Positions 15,281 through 25,715 of a stretch of DNA of 64,000 nt are shown here, one piece after another. Made by a program: the position numbers and the translations under genes. Origin of the DNA: Gemmatimonadales bacterium (GTDB lineage Bacteria > Gemmatimonadota > Gemmatimonadetes > Gemmatimonadales > GWC2-71-9). Position 1 is the first letter of the stretch. The number at the start of each line of letters is the position of its first letter. The stretch is taken from contig DASWDA010000075.1 of NCBI GenBank assembly GCA_036395695.1, positions 13,441-77,440 on the forward strand. The letters run 5' to 3'. The notes under the pieces were generated by a model, which was not told where the DNA came from, did no database searches, and worked only from the letters and a program-made list of their open reading frames with translations.

Positions 15281-17554
15281 ATGCGGCGGTTCTTCTGGCT
15301 TCTGTTCCTGCCTGCCGGGCTGGCCGCGCAGCGTCCCGCGGTATCCCCGGCGTTGCCCCGGCTGCTCGCCCGCCGCCCGGACACGACGGTTTCCGTCTGG
15401 CTGTTCGCGCGGCCGACCGCCTCGCTCGACTCGGTCAGCGCACGGGTGGCGGTGGCGGGAGGGAACGCCCGTGTACGAGTGGTGAGCCGCTGGCTGCATG
15501 CCGTCAGCGCGGACGTGCCGGCGGCCGCGCTCCGGCAGCTGCTGCAGGACCGCGACCTGCGACGGATCCAGCCGCTGGGACGCTTCAAGGTCCGGCAACA
15601 GAGCCCCGTCCTCCGCAGTATCACCGCACCAACGCAAGGACCGGGCGACACGTGCGGCGTCACGCCCGGCGACGATCCCGTGCTGGGCCCGTCGGCGATG
15701 CCATACCGCCAGCTCCACCTCCGGCCGCTCACCGATCAGGGCATCGACGCGACGGGCGTCCGCATCTTGATCCTCGATGCGGGCTTCGACACCGCGAACC
15801 CCGCGTTCAACGGCGTCACGATCACCGCACAGCACGACTTCGTATTCAATGACGACACCGTGAAGGACCAGCCGGGCAAGGACGTGAGCGGGGCGCAATT
15901 TCACGGTACCGCAACGTGGTCGCTGTTCGCCGGTGAGGTTGCGGGCCGGCTTCACGGCATCGCACGCGGCGCGAGTTTCCTGCTTGCCAAGACCGAAGAC
16001 ATCCGCAGCGAGACACGTGTCGAGGAAGACAACTACGTCGCCGCGCTCGAGTGGGCCGATTCGATCGGCGTGGACATCGCCTCTTCAAGCCTCGGCTACT
16101 ACGCCTTCGACAATGGCTTCAGCTACACGCCGTCGCAGCTGAACGGCGACGTCGCGGTGACGACGGTCGCCGCCGATCTGGCTGCGCAGCGCGGCATTCT
16201 CGTCGTCACCGCCGCCGGCAATGACGGGCCGTCCTCGCGCTCGATCTCCACGCCTGCCGACGGCGATTCCGTGTTGACGGTCGGCGCGGAGGATTCACTC
16301 GGTACGATCGCGGCCTTCTCGTCGCGCGGCCCGACTGCCGATGGGCGCATCAAGCCGGACTTCACGGCCCCAGGGGTCGCCGTCTGTGTCGTCACGGGCG
16401 TCGGCCAGGTGCGGCGCGAGCAGGGCACCTCGTTCGCCACCCCCCTGCTCGCCGCCAGCGCGGCACTCGTGAAGCAGATGCATCCAGCGCTGCTCCCCAT
16501 GGACGTGCGGGCCGCGTTTCGCAGCACGGCGACCAAGCGCGCCGCCCCCGACACGATCTCCGGCTGGGGCCGGCCGGACGTCGCTGCCGCCGCGGTGTTT
16601 CCCGGCGGCGTCGCCGCGACTTCCCCGCTGCCCGCCGCCGGCCCGTTGACGACGATCACCCCGACGTTCTCCTGGACCGTGGGCACGGTGCCCGCTTCCG
16701 CCTCACCGGTGACCTATCGGCTCCGGATCAGCCGCGACAGCACGCTGGCTGCCCCCATCGCCGACACGGCGCTCAGCGCGCAAGCGTTCGCGCTCACCGC
16801 CGCGCTCAAACCGGGCAACGTGTTCTGGCGCGTTGATGCGACGGCGGCGAGCGGCGAGACCGCGACGAGCGGTGTGATTGGACCGGTCGTCCTACCAGCC
16901 TGGGCGACGCTGACGTCGCTCAGCAATCCCGCCGGCATGGTCATCGACACCGCCCAGCCGACGTTCACGTGGAAGCCGGTGCAGGTCTCATCTCCGCCGG
17001 GGCCACTCGTCTTCGACCTGGACGTGCGGCGCGTCGCTACGGGTGTCACGGATTTCAACGTCGCGAATCTGACGGACACAAGCTTCGCGATCACGCAGCC
17101 GCTCGAGCGCAACACCGCGTATCGGTGGTTCCTGACGGTGCACGCCGGGCCCGATACGAGCACCGTCCGAAGCCAGGGATCGTTTCTCGTCGTAGATCTC
17201 GGTATGCCGACGTCGACCCTCCTCTACCAAAACTTTCCGAACCCCTTCCCCACCGCCGGCCGGGACTCGACCTGCCTGTGGTTTGACCTCGCATTGGCGG
17301 GGTCAGTCGACCTCGACATTCTCGATCTGCGCGGCAATCTCGTGCGCCGCTTCATTCCCGGGCCTGACTTCCCCGGCGTTTTGGCCCCTGGCCGCTATGG
17401 CCGCGGGTCGGGCAGCGGCGGGATCTGTGACCCGCGTCTGATGTGGGATGGCCGCGCCGGTAATGGGCACCTGTTGCCAGCGGGCGTGTATCTCGCCAAG
17501 CTCAAGGCGCCCGGCTTGCTGATCTTCAAGCGGATCGTCTTTCGCGGAAAGTGA
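15281..17554 (+). CDS. Secreted S8 (subtilisin-family) serine peptidase with a FlgD-Ig/T9SS-like C-terminal domain
   Basis: The signal peptide is [17 protein letters not shown]. The catalytic triad contexts are [17 protein letters not shown] and [10 protein letters not shown]. The C-terminus is [10 protein letters not shown]...[16 protein letters not shown]...GVYLAKL. Confidence 0.85.
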   Translation: MRRFFWLLFLPAGLAAQRPAVSPALPRLLARRPDTTVSVWLFARPTASLDSVSARVAVAGGNARVRVVSRWLHAVSADVPAAALRQLLQDRDLRRIQPLGRFKVRQQSPVLRSITAPTQGPGDTCGVTPGDDPVLGPSAMPYRQLHLRPLTDQGIDATGVRILILDAGFDTANPAFNGVTITAQHDFVFNDDTVKDQPGKDVSGAQFHGTATWSLFAGEVAGRLHGIARGASFLLAKTEDIRSETRVEEDNYVAALEWADSIGVDIASSSLGYYAFDNGFSYTPSQLNGDVAVTTVAADLAAQRGILVVTAAGNDGPSSRSISTPADGDSVLTVGAEDSLGTIAAFSSRGPTADGRIKPDFTAPGVAVCVVTGVGQVRREQGTSFATPLLAASAALVKQMHPALLPMDVRAAFRSTATKRAAPDTISGWGRPDVAAAAVFPGGVAATSPLPAAGPLTTITPTFSWTVGTVPASASPVTYRLRISRDSTLAAPIADTALSAQAFALTAALKPGNVFWRVDATAASGETATSGVIGPVVLPAWATLTSLSNPAGMVIDTAQPTFTWKPVQVSSPPGPLVFDLDVRRVATGVTDFNVANLTDTSFAITQPLERNTAYRWFLTVHAGPDTSTVRSQGSFLVVDLGMPTSTLLYQNFPNPFPTAGRDSTCLWFDLALAGSVDLDILDLRGNLVRRFIPGPDFPGVLAPGRYGRGSGSGGICDPRLMWDGRAGNGHLLPAGVYLAKLKAPGLLIFKRIVFRGK

Positions 17555-18330
17555 GTATGGAACTCGTTACCGTCGGCACCGGCACGGTTGCACCCTCGGC
17601 CCGCCGCACCTGCCCCTGTCACTGGGTCGCGCGCGGCGATCTGCGCGTGCTGCTCGACTGCGGCTCGGGCGCGCTGCACCGGCTGGCGGAGTTCGGGTTG
17701 CCCTGGCATCAGGTGACGCACGTCATCCTGACGCACTTCCATCCCGATCACTGGAGCGACCTGCCGATGCTCGTGTACGCGCTCAAGTACACGACGGAGC
17801 CGCCGCGCCGCGAGCCGTTCGTGATCCTCGGGCCGCCCGGCGTCGTCCAGCTGCTGCGCACGCTGGCCGAGGGCTACGGCGACTGGCTGCTCGACCCCGG
17901 GTTCCCCATCGGCATTCTCGACGTGCGCGACGCCGAGCCCTTCCCGCTCAACGCGGACGTGAATCTCGAGACGTTCCCCGTTCCCCACACCACCGAGAGC
18001 GTGGCCGTTTCCTTGACGGCACCGGAGGGACGCCTCGTCTACACCGGCGACACCGGGCCGAGCAGCGAGCTGGCGCGGTGGGCAAGCGGGTGCGACGTGC
18101 TGCTCTCGGAATGTTCCTTGCCGGAAGAGCGGGCGATGGATACCCACCTGACGCCCCAACAGGCTGGGGATCTGGCCAAGGAAGCGGGAGCGAAGCGCTT
18201 AGTCTTGACGCACTTCTATCCTCCAGTAGAAACTTCGGACCCGGCGAAAATTGCGGGCACGCGCTTTGGCGGCCCGGTGTCGGCGGCGAAGGATGGCGAT
18301 CGCTTCACTATTGGAGATGGGAGACGCTAG
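17551..18330 (+). CDS. MBL-fold metallo-hydrolase (RNase Z/BN-like)
   Basis: [13 protein letters not shown] is an HxHxDH-type motif, and ...VLTHFYP lies near the C-terminus. The start is GTG 17551 (GTGA overlap) or ATG 17557. Confidence 0.7.
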   Translation: MSMELVTVGTGTVAPSARRTCPCHWVARGDLRVLLDCGSGALHRLAEFGLPWHQVTHVILTHFHPDHWSDLPMLVYALKYTTEPPRREPFVILGPPGVVQLLRTLAEGYGDWLLDPGFPIGILDVRDAEPFPLNADVNLETFPVPHTTESVAVSLTAPEGRLVYTGDTGPSSELARWASGCDVLLSECSLPEERAMDTHLTPQQAGDLAKEAGAKRLVLTHFYPPVETSDPAKIAGTRFGGPVSAAKDGDRFTIGDGRR

Positions 18331-18332
18331 TC

Positions 18333-19373
18333 GTGCTGATCGTAATGCGGCATGGCGCAACGCCTGACGAGGTCCAGAAAGTCATCTCCGTCATCGAGGA
18401 GATGGGCTATCAGGCGCAACCCATGCCTGGGAATCAACGCACCGCGGTGGGTCTCGTCGGCAACGACGGCCGCGTGGACGCTTCACGCCTCGAGGGCCTG
18501 CCCGGCGTTCACGAGGTCATTCACGTCTCCCAACCCTACAAGCAGGTCAGCCGCGAATGGAAGGCCGATCCGACGGTCGTTCGACTCCCCGGCGGAGTGG
18601 CGTTCGGCGGGACGGAAGTCGTGGCAATCGCCGGCCCCTGCTCCGTCGAAACGGAGCGCCAGATCATCGAGGCGGCGCGCCAGGTCAAAGAAGCGGGAGC
18701 GGTCGTGCTCCGGGGCGGCGCGTGGAAGCCCCGCAGCTCGCCGTACTCGTTCCAGGGACTCGGCAAGCCGGGCCTGCGGCTGCTCGGCAAGGCGCGCGAA
18801 GAGACCGGACTCCTGATTTGCACCGAAGCGATGGACGAGACCGGGCTCGGCTGGGTCGCCGAGATGTCCGACATCGTGCAGCTCGGCGCGCGCAACATGC
18901 AGAACTTCTCGCTGCTGAAGATTGCGGGCCGCTGCGGCAAGCCGGTGCTCCTCAAACGCGGTATCAGCGCCACGGTGCAGGAGCTGCTGCTGTCGGCGGA
19001 ATACTTGCTCGCCGAGGGGAATCACGACGTGATTCTGTGCGAGCGCGGCGTGCGGAGCTTCGATACCGCGACGCGCAATCTCTTCGATCTGACCGCCATT
19101 CCGGTCGTGCACAAGCTGTCGCACTTGCCGATCATCGCGGACCCATCGCACGGGACGGGACTGCGCGACAAGGTGATCCCGATGGCACGCGCGGCGGTGG
19201 CCGCCGGAGCCGACGGCATCATGGTCGAGGTGCATCCCAACCCCGAAGAGGCGCTGTCGGACGGCGCGCAGTCGCTCTACCCCGATCAGTTTTCGCAGCT
19301 GATGCGTGAGGTGCGCATTATTGCGGAGGCGATTGGCCGTCGTGTAGCGGAACCCGCCGCCGTAGGCGCATGA
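18333..19373 (+). CDS. aroF: 3-deoxy-7-phosphoheptulonate (DAHP) synthase, type I-beta, with an N-terminal ferredoxin-like regulatory domain
   Basis: [49 protein letters not shown] ... [10 protein letters not shown] matches the AroF/KdsA-type fold. The N-terminal [25 protein letters not shown] is an ACT/FL-like domain. The start is GTG 18333. Confidence 0.85.
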   Translation: MLIVMRHGATPDEVQKVISVIEEMGYQAQPMPGNQRTAVGLVGNDGRVDASRLEGLPGVHEVIHVSQPYKQVSREWKADPTVVRLPGGVAFGGTEVVAIAGPCSVETERQIIEAARQVKEAGAVVLRGGAWKPRSSPYSFQGLGKPGLRLLGKAREETGLLICTEAMDETGLGWVAEMSDIVQLGARNMQNFSLLKIAGRCGKPVLLKRGISATVQELLLSAEYLLAEGNHDVILCERGVRSFDTATRNLFDLTAIPVVHKLSHLPIIADPSHGTGLRDKVIPMARAAVAAGADGIMVEVHPNPEEALSDGAQSLYPDQFSQLMREVRIIAEAIGRRVAEPAAVGA

Positions 19374-20047
19374 AGTCCACGTCGGCACGACTGCACGTCG
19401 GCACGATGACGTTGCTAGCGCTCGTCGCTCTCGTGCCGACGTTCCAACGTGCCGACGTGGACCCATGGCCAACACTCGACCGCGCCTCCGCCTCTTTCGA
19501 CACCGTCCGCACGCTCCAGGCCGACTTCATCCAGATCATCGAAAACCCGATGCTCGGCGATCCCGATACCACACGCGGCAAACTGTTCCAGCGGCGCCCC
19601 AACTACTTCGCGATGCGGTTCAGCGAGCCGAAGAACGACCGCATCGTAGCGGACGGACGGCGCCTCTGGCTCTACACACCCAGTACCACGCCGGGACAAG
19701 TGATTCGGACCACGATCCCCGGCTCCGGTACGACGGGACCGAATCTGATCGGGCAGTTTGTGGAACATCCCCGCGAGCGCTACGAGGCCACGTACCTACG
19801 CGCCGATTCGCTGCCGGATGGACCGGTGGATGTGATCGCGCTGACTCCGCGCGCCAAGGATCTTCCCTACTCGGCGGCGACGGTCTGGATTTCGAGGCGG
19901 GACGGCCTGGTGCGGCGGATCGATCTCGTCGAGACGTCCGGCCAGCGCCGCACGATTACCCTGCAACAGCTCAGCGTGAACCGGGCGATTGCGCCCCGGG
20001 AATTCCGATTTTTCCCGACGTCCGGAGTACGGGTGGTAGATCAGTAG
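19370..20047 (+). CDS. lolA: LolA-family outer-membrane lipoprotein carrier-like protein
   Basis: [62 protein letters not shown] is a LolA-like pattern. An ATGA overlap joins it to aroF. Confidence 0.65.
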   Translation: MKSTSARLHVGTMTLLALVALVPTFQRADVDPWPTLDRASASFDTVRTLQADFIQIIENPMLGDPDTTRGKLFQRRPNYFAMRFSEPKNDRIVADGRRLWLYTPSTTPGQVIRTTIPGSGTTGPNLIGQFVEHPRERYEATYLRADSLPDGPVDVIALTPRAKDLPYSAATVWISRRDGLVRRIDLVETSGQRRTITLQQLSVNRAIAPREFRFFPTSGVRVVDQ

Positions 20048-20909
20048 CTAATGCCTCCGCGACTTTCGCGGCGGTCGCCTCGTCCATTCCCTGCTTTTGT
20101 GCCAGCTCGAGCGCGGCCCGCCCGAGCGCCCGGTACAGCTTCGCGTCGTCGACCGCGAGCGACTCGAGATGTCTGGTGATCGTCGCCGTATCGCCGCGCA
20201 CCACCGGCCCCGTCAGGGCCTCGCGCGGCTCATGCCGGCTCAAGTTATCGAACGTCCCTTCCACCAGCGGCCGGAGTGCCGCCCAGGCGTCGGCGTCCGA
20301 GAGGCCGGCGTGCCGCAGCAGCCGCTGGGCGATCGCCTCCACCACCACGAGATAATTCGACGCGAACACCGCGCCGGCATGATAGATCGCCTTCGACTTG
20401 GTAGCGATGCGGAACGGCCGCATGCCGAGGTCCCGCGCGATCTGCTCGCCGCTCTCGATCGCCCGCGGCATCCCTTCGACCGCCGCCCAGGCGCCTTTGA
20501 GCCGCGCGGGCGTCCGCTCGGGCTCGACGATCGCTTGCAGCGGATGAAACGAGCCGAGCGCCGCCCGGCTGGTGACCAGTGGACCGAGGGCTTCCTGTCC
20601 CTGGACGCCGGAGACATGCAGGACGACGTGGCGCTCGCCGATCGCCCGCGCCTTGGCGAGCGACGTCGCCAGCGGCGTTATCGCGTCGTCCTTGACCGTG
20701 AGGATCACGACGTCGACCTCGCCGATCCAGGGCGGCGGCGTGACGCCGTCGCCGATCGTGAGGGTCAGCGGTGGTGGTGCGATTACGCCTTTTTTATGTC
20801 GCCCGTGAAGGCGGACGGAGTATCCTGCCTGGGCCAGTGCGAGAGCCAGTCCGACTCCCGCGCGACCGGGCCCAATGAGCCCGATCGCGCGGGACGACTG
20901 GTGGGTCAC
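19971..20909 (-). CDS. Rossmann-fold plus DUF2520 domain oxidoreductase-like protein
   Basis: IGLIGPGRAGVGLALALAQAGY is a dinucleotide-binding motif. YHAGAVFASNYLVV...LTGPVVRGDTATITRHL is DUF2520-like. Its 3' end overlaps convergent lolA by 77 nt. Confidence 0.7.
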   Translation of the reverse strand: MTHQSSRAIGLIGPGRAGVGLALALAQAGYSVRLHGRHKKGVIAPPPLTLTIGDGVTPPPWIGEVDVVILTVKDDAITPLATSLAKARAIGERHVVLHVSGVQGQEALGPLVTSRAALGSFHPLQAIVEPERTPARLKGAWAAVEGMPRAIESGEQIARDLGMRPFRIATKSKAIYHAGAVFASNYLVVVEAIAQRLLRHAGLSDADAWAALRPLVEGTFDNLSRHEPREALTGPVVRGDTATITRHLESLAVDDAKLYRALGRAALELAQKQGMDEATAAKVAEALATDLPPVLRTSGKIGIPGAQSPGSR

Positions 20910-22534
20910 CGATTGCGAACCGGGGACGGAGCGGGCTGCGCGGTGGCGAGCGTGAGCAGATCCTGCGGCGAGCGAGCCCGATCGGCCAGTGTGAGCGCGC
21001 GCTTTACCTGCTCGTCATCAGCCATGCGGCGGCGGAATTCCGCGGAACGTCCGAAGACATAGCGCGCCGCCTCATAGCCCAGCTCCTGCGTGATCAGGCT
21101 GCGCCCGCCACCTACAACCGAATCCGGGAGCTCGGCGCCCTTGGCACGGATGCGGCGCACGATCTCGTCCACCATGCCGGCGGTGACGCTGAAATTCGGC
21201 GATGCCAGGCGGTTGCCTTCCTTCAACTCGATCGCGTACGCGGTCAAAGCGTCGCGGAACAGCGGCACCTTGTCGCCCAGCGCCTTGACGAACGCCCGCT
21301 CCGAGGTCGTGAACGTATCGGCCACGACGTAGAGGTCGGGTCGGATCCCACCGCCCCCGTAGATCGTCCGGCCGGCGTCGGTGTGGAACACCGCCGTCGA
21401 ATCGATCTTCGTGTCCTGCCCGCGCTGAGCCGCGATCACCTGCGCTTCCTGCTCCGCTTCGTTCCGCGTCACGCGCTGAATCGTGCGGCCGCTCGGCGTG
21501 AACCAGCGCGCCGTCGTGAGCTTGAGGCCCGTTTCCGGCGTGAGACGCCAGAACGACTGCACCAATCCCTTGCCGAAGGTCGGCGTGCCGACGAGCACCG
21601 CGCGGTCATGATCCTGCAGCGCACCGGCGATGATCTCCGCGGCGCTCGCGGACCCGCCGTTGACGATCACCACGATGGGGAGGCGCGGCCACTGCTGCGG
21701 TTTGGCGTCGCCGAATTCATGCGATGAGCCGGGCGCACGCCCGCGTGTTTCGACAATCGCCTTGCCGGGGTCGAGGAACAAATCCGACACCGCAACGCCC
21801 TGATCGAGCAGCCCGCCCGGGTTTCCGCGCAAGTCGAAGATCAGCGACTTCATCCCCTGCTTGAGCAAGGTGTCGATCGCCTGCGAGACTTCCCGGGCCG
21901 AGCTCTCACTGACCGGTGAGAGCGCGATGTAGCCGACACGGTCGTCGAGCATCATCGTGATCCGGGGATCGACCGAGCGGATATGAATCGTGGCCCGCGT
22001 GAGCTTATACGTGATCGGCTTGTCGACGCCGGTGCGCCGGATCAGCAGCTCGGCCGGCGTTCCTGCCGGGCCGCGCAGCTCCTTCACCGCCTGATCCTGC
22101 TTCCACCCTTCCGTCGAGCGGCCGTCGAGCTGGACAATGCGGTCGCCCGTCATAACGCCCGCGCGCTCGGCTGGGGTGTCCGGCAGCGGCGCCACAACGG
22201 TGATCCACCCGTCGCGCACGTCGATCTGAATGCCGAGCCCCGAGTAGTTGCCGGTCGTCGCTTCCGAGAGCTGCCGGAAGTCGTCGGGTTTCAGGAACAC
22301 GGAATAGGGATCGTTCAGCTGATCGAGCATGCCGTCGATCGCCATCTGGTACAGCTGACGCTCGTCCAGCGAATCGACATAGTAGTCGGCGACGTGCTCC
22401 AGCACGTCGTCGAACAGCCGAGCCTGCTGGTAGACCGACCCGGCGGGCTCCGTTTCCCGCTGCAGGAGCCAACCGCCCGAGACCAACGCCGCTAGCACAA
22501 CGACGGCAACCACGGACCCTTTATGACGAATCAT
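20906..22534 (-). CDS. S41 family C-terminal processing peptidase (Ctp/Prc-like) with a PDZ domain
   Basis: The PDZ region is GVMTGDRIVQLDGRS. LIFDLRGNPGGLL and VVIVNGGSASAAEIIAGALQD are S41 signatures. Confidence 0.85.
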   Translation of the reverse strand: MIRHKGSVVAVVVLAALVSGGWLLQRETEPAGSVYQQARLFDDVLEHVADYYVDSLDERQLYQMAIDGMLDQLNDPYSVFLKPDDFRQLSEATTGNYSGLGIQIDVRDGWITVVAPLPDTPAERAGVMTGDRIVQLDGRSTEGWKQDQAVKELRGPAGTPAELLIRRTGVDKPITYKLTRATIHIRSVDPRITMMLDDRVGYIALSPVSESSAREVSQAIDTLLKQGMKSLIFDLRGNPGGLLDQGVAVSDLFLDPGKAIVETRGRAPGSSHEFGDAKPQQWPRLPIVVIVNGGSASAAEIIAGALQDHDRAVLVGTPTFGKGLVQSFWRLTPETGLKLTTARWFTPSGRTIQRVTRNEAEQEAQVIAAQRGQDTKIDSTAVFHTDAGRTIYGGGGIRPDLYVVADTFTTSERAFVKALGDKVPLFRDALTAYAIELKEGNRLASPNFSVTAGMVDEIVRRIRAKGAELPDSVVGGGRSLITQELGYEAARYVFGRSAEFRRRMADDEQVKRALTLADRARSPQDLLTLATAQPAPSPVRNR

Positions 22535-23181
22535 TCTGCCCCTCTCAGTGATGGGGTCCCCCCCGTTACCGCCGTGACTTCCCGCCAGGCGGCCTCCTGG
22601 ACGGCCCGCTTTGTCTGACTGGCATCAATATGAACAATCCCGGGCCCGGATGCGCTACGGTATGCGTCACGAACCCGTGTGTGAAACCGGTCATCCTCAC
22701 GCTCGATGCGGTCTTTGACCTTGCCGGCGTTCCGCTGGCGCTCGCGCCCCACCGCGACCGGGATATCGAGGATCAGGGTGAGATCAGGCTGGAGCCCTCC
22801 CGTGGCGACCCGCAGGGCGGCTTCGACATCCACCCGCGACAGCCCCCGTCCCGCAACCTGATACGCGATGGTGGACAACCCAAAGCGGTCGGCGACGACG
22901 ATCTGGCCATCTGCGAGCGCGGGCCGGATCACCCGTTCCACCAGATCGGCGCGGGCTGCGAGGAACAGGAACAGCTCGGCACCAAAGGCCCGGTCGTGGC
23001 GCGATTTCAGCGCCAGCTTCCGCGCGGCCTCGGCGATCGGTGTGCCACCCGGTTCTCGAACGGGCACCACGCGCCGCTGCTCCGCCTGGAGGCGCGCGAC
23101 GAGCCACTTTACAAGCGTGGACTTCCCCGCCCCCTCGGGACCTTCGATCACGACGAAGAACCCCGAGTCCCGAACCCCCAA
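22531..23181 (-). CDS. tmk: dTMP (thymidylate) kinase
   Basis: FFVVIEGPEGAGKSTLVKWL is the P-loop, followed by ...VADRFGLSTIAYQ. The likely start is TTG 23181, giving (M)GVRDSGFFVVIEG; ATG 23253 is the alternative. Confidence 0.9.
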   Translation of the reverse strand: MGVRDSGFFVVIEGPEGAGKSTLVKWLVARLQAEQRRVVPVREPGGTPIAEAARKLALKSRHDRAFGAELFLFLAARADLVERVIRPALADGQIVVADRFGLSTIAYQVAGRGLSRVDVEAALRVATGGLQPDLTLILDIPVAVGRERQRNAGKVKDRIEREDDRFHTRVRDAYRSASGPGIVHIDASQTKRAVQEAAWREVTAVTGGTPSLRGAE

Positions 23182-23195
23182 GCCCCAGTCCCTAG
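23161..23195. repeat. C-rich/G-rich element (copy B), G-quadruplex-prone on the minus (coding) strand
   Basis: The plus strand reads CCCCGAGTCCCGAACCCCCAAGCCCCAGTCCCTAG. The minus strand reads CTAGGGACTGGGGCTTGGGGGTTCGGGACTCGGGG. The element spans the ylbF-like stop codon and the tmk start. Confidence 0.7.
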
Positions 23196-23545
23196 CCAAG
23201 CGTAATGATGGGGCTCGCGGAGCCCTTCTTGATGCCCTCGTAAATCCGGGCATTAATCCTGGCCATCAGCTTCTCGAAGTTCGCCTGCGCGGCGACCATT
23301 TGCTGATACACCGCGTTGCCCTGTACGCTCTGCAGCGCTTTGTCGTATTGCTCGACCTGTTCTTTGGTCGGCTCCTTCCCCTGCTGCGCCGCGCGCTCGA
23401 TCTCCTGCGCCAACTGCTCCGCTTCCGCGAGCACCTTCTGCACCGCTTGATCTTCTCGGAGCGCTTCTGTCGCACGACGCAACGCCTTGTATTCGTCGGT
23501 CTGGCCGAGCACGCGCCCCAGATCCTCTGCCTTCTCTTCGAGCAC
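23192..23545 (-). CDS. YlbF/YmcA-family (UPF0342-like) helical protein
   Basis: Translation from GTG 23545 gives (M)LEEKAEDLGRVLGQTDEYKALRRATEALREDQAVQKVLAEAEQLAQ.... AAGGAGG lies upstream. Its start overlaps the prmC TAG stop by 1 nt. The remainder of the 291-aa ORF on the track is out-of-frame overlap with prmC. Confidence 0.6.
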   Translation of the reverse strand: MLEEKAEDLGRVLGQTDEYKALRRATEALREDQAVQKVLAEAEQLAQEIERAAQQGKEPTKEQVEQYDKALQSVQGNAVYQQMVAAQANFEKLMARINARIYEGIKKGSASPIITLG

Positions 23546-24327
23546 TACCCCTCCTTGATAGAGAGCGCGTACCGCGGGCGGCCGAACAGGTCGGGGTGAA
23601 TTGCAACGTTCCAACCATGGCTCTTGCCCAGCGCGCGAACGGCAGCGGCGCGCCGTTCGTCGATCTCGAGGGCGAGCAGACCGCCGGGCTCGAGCAGCGC
23701 CGCCGCGCCCGCGAAGAGTCCGCGGGTCGCGTCGAGACCGTCCGCGCCGCTCACCAGCGCGTCGCGCGGCTCGTGACGGGAGACCGACGGATCCAGCTCT
23801 TCGTATTCCACCAACGACAGGTAGGGCGGGTTCGACACGATGACATGGAATCGGTCTCCCGTGTCCACGAGCGGAGCGAGCAGGTCCCCTTCGCGAATCT
23901 CGATGGGAGTCGTGGGCGCCACGCGTTGCAAATTCTCCCGCGCGAGCGCCGCGGCGGCAGCCGATTGCTCCACCGCGACGATTCTCTCGAATCGGCCTTC
24001 GACGGCGAGCGACAGCGCGATGCAGCCGCAGCCCGTTCCGATGTCCGCGGCCAGTCCGCTCGAGCACCGCGCGAGGACGAGCTCCACGAGACCTTCAGTC
24101 TCCGGCCGCGGGATCAACGCGCGTCGATCGATCTTGAGATCGAGCGTGCGGAATCCTACCGAGCCGACGGCGTACGCGAATGGCACGCCGCGCTCCAGCT
24201 GCGCGACCGCGTCCCGATACCTGGCGAGGAGCTCGGGCGATTTCGGTTCGTCGCGGCGCAGCCAGGCGTCGCCGACCGTCGTTCCGGAGACGGCCGCCCA
24301 GACCTCGGGGGGGGGCGCTTTAAACAC
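23545..24327 (-). CDS. prmC: Release factor glutamine N5-methyltransferase PrmC (HemK)
   Basis: DIGTGCGCIAL is the SAM-binding motif and VIVSNPPYL is the NPPY catalytic motif. It overlaps the prfA stop by 8 nt. Confidence 0.9.
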   Translation of the reverse strand: MFKAPPPEVWAAVSGTTVGDAWLRRDEPKSPELLARYRDAVAQLERGVPFAYAVGSVGFRTLDLKIDRRALIPRPETEGLVELVLARCSSGLAADIGTGCGCIALSLAVEGRFERIVAVEQSAAAAALARENLQRVAPTTPIEIREGDLLAPLVDTGDRFHVIVSNPPYLSLVEYEELDPSVSRHEPRDALVSGADGLDATRGLFAGAAALLEPGGLLALEIDERRAAAVRALGKSHGWNVAIHPDLFGRPRYALSIKEG

Positions 24328-25378
24328 TGAGCTGTTCCTTCTCCTGCGCCTGCTTCACGGCCGCGATCAGATCGTCGAGCTTCCCGTCCAACACTTGATC
24401 CACGCTATGGGTGGAGAAATGGATGCGATGGTCAGTCACCCGGTTCTGCGGAAAGTTGTACGTGCGGACTTTCTGTGAGCGGTCACCGGTGCCCACCTGC
24501 GCGCGCCGCTCGCGCGAGCGGGCCGCCTCTTGCTCCGACACCTTGAGGTCCAGGAGGCGCGAACGCAGGATCTCCATCGCCTTGATCTTGTTTTGCAGCT
24601 GCGACTTTTGGTCCTGACACTTCACCTCGAGACCGGTCGGCAGGTGCGTCACGCGAACCGCGCTGTCGGTGGTATTGACACTCTGGCCACCTGGCCCACC
24701 CGAACGAAACACGTCGATCCGGAGGTCCTTGTCCTCGATCTTGACGTCCACCTCTTCGGCCTCAGGCAAGACCGCGACGGTCGCGGCGGATGTATGGATG
24801 CGGCCCTGCTGCTCGGTGACGGGGACGCGCTGTACGCGGTGCACACCAGACTCGTAGCGCAGCGTCCCATATGCTTTGGGACCGCGGGCGGCGAACACGG
24901 CTTCCTTGAGCCCACCGAGCGTTCCTTCGGAAAGCGAGAGGATGTCCACCTTCCATCCCCGCCGCTCGCAAAAGCGCGTGTACATGCGGAACAGGTCAGC
25001 GGCGAAGAGCGCGGCTTCGTCACCGCCGGTGCCGGCCCGGATCTCGACGATGGCGTCGCGATCATCGAACGGATCGGTGGGGGTGAGCAGCTCGGTCAGC
25101 TCCGCCTCGAGACGTTCGATCTCGGGCTGCAGCCGCTCGACGTCGGCGCGCGCGAGCTGGGAGAGCTCCGGGTCCTTGTCGGCGAGCACCTCGCGCGCCT
25201 GCCCTAGCTCCCCTTCCAGGCGCTCGATGCGCTGGTGGGTGAGCCGGATGGCGTCGAGCTGAGCGTGTTCCCGACCGAGGGCCTTGAGTTTGGCGGGATT
25301 GCGCGCCGTGGCGGGTTCGGCCAGCTCCCGGGCGACCTCCTCCGCCCGCGCGAGCGCCTGGCGGAGTCGGGTCTCCAA
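24320..25378 (-). CDS. prfA: Peptide chain release factor 1
   Basis: RSGGPGGQSVNTTDSAVRVTHLPTG carries the GGQ motif, and VPVTEQQGRIHTSAATVAVLPE is present. Confidence 0.97.
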   Translation of the reverse strand: METRLRQALARAEEVARELAEPATARNPAKLKALGREHAQLDAIRLTHQRIERLEGELGQAREVLADKDPELSQLARADVERLQPEIERLEAELTELLTPTDPFDDRDAIVEIRAGTGGDEAALFAADLFRMYTRFCERRGWKVDILSLSEGTLGGLKEAVFAARGPKAYGTLRYESGVHRVQRVPVTEQQGRIHTSAATVAVLPEAEEVDVKIEDKDLRIDVFRSGGPGGQSVNTTDSAVRVTHLPTGLEVKCQDQKSQLQNKIKAMEILRSRLLDLKVSEQEAARSRERRAQVGTGDRSQKVRTYNFPQNRVTDHRIHFSTHSVDQVLDGKLDDLIAAVKQAQEKEQLSV

Positions 25379-25382
25379 CGGA

Positions 25383-25589
25383 TCAGCTCGCTTTGGTAGC
25401 GTACTTCTGGCGGAACCGCTCCACGCGGCCGGCCGTATCGAGCAGCTTCTGCTTGCCCGTGAAGAAGGGGTGGCAGGCAGCGCAGACTTCGACGTGAATC
25501 ATGGGCGTGGTCGAGCGCGTCACAAACGTGTTACCGCATGCGCACTGGACGGTTGCCCGCTGGTATTTGGGGTGAATTCCGGGTTTCAC
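25383..25589 (-). CDS. rpmE: 50S ribosomal protein L31 (Zn-ribbon C+ form)
   Basis: Translation from GTG 25589 gives (M)[21 protein letters not shown]...[16 protein letters not shown]. Confidence 0.93.
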   Translation of the reverse strand: MKPGIHPKYQRATVQCACGNTFVTRSTTPMIHVEVCAACHPFFTGKQKLLDTAGRVERFRQKYATKAS

Positions 25590-25680
25590 TGACAGATCCT
25601 TGCCTGAATGTCGAACGGAACGAAGTACGGAAATATAGCCGGGACAGCAACTTGGGGGCAAGGCTTGGCCTCCGCTTCGA

Positions 25681-25709
25681 TTGACACCGCTCTAGTCACA
25701 CCGTAAGCT
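25681..25709 (+). promoter_or_regulatory. Sigma-70-type promoter candidate for the Crp/Fnr-family gene; predicts a leaderless mRNA
   Basis: TTGACA (25681-25686), a 17-nt spacer, then TAAGCT (25704-25709). The GTG start at 25716 lies 7 nt after the -10 box. Confidence 0.45.
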
Positions 25710-25715
25710 GTTCGC

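Noticed and set aside
23546-24067. N-terminal 174 codons of the 291-aa ORF 23192-24067
   Set aside because: This part overlaps prmC out of frame and reads as R/G/A-rich noise. Only the last 117 codons, after an AAGGAGG-GTG start at 23545, look like a real helical YlbF-like protein.
24307-24315. G9 homopolymer (C9 on the coding strand) in codons 5-7 of prmC
   Set aside because: It simply encodes Pro-Pro-Pro in a GC-rich genome. There is a single tract with no repeat-unit structure, in a housekeeping gene, and nothing but its length suggests phase variation.
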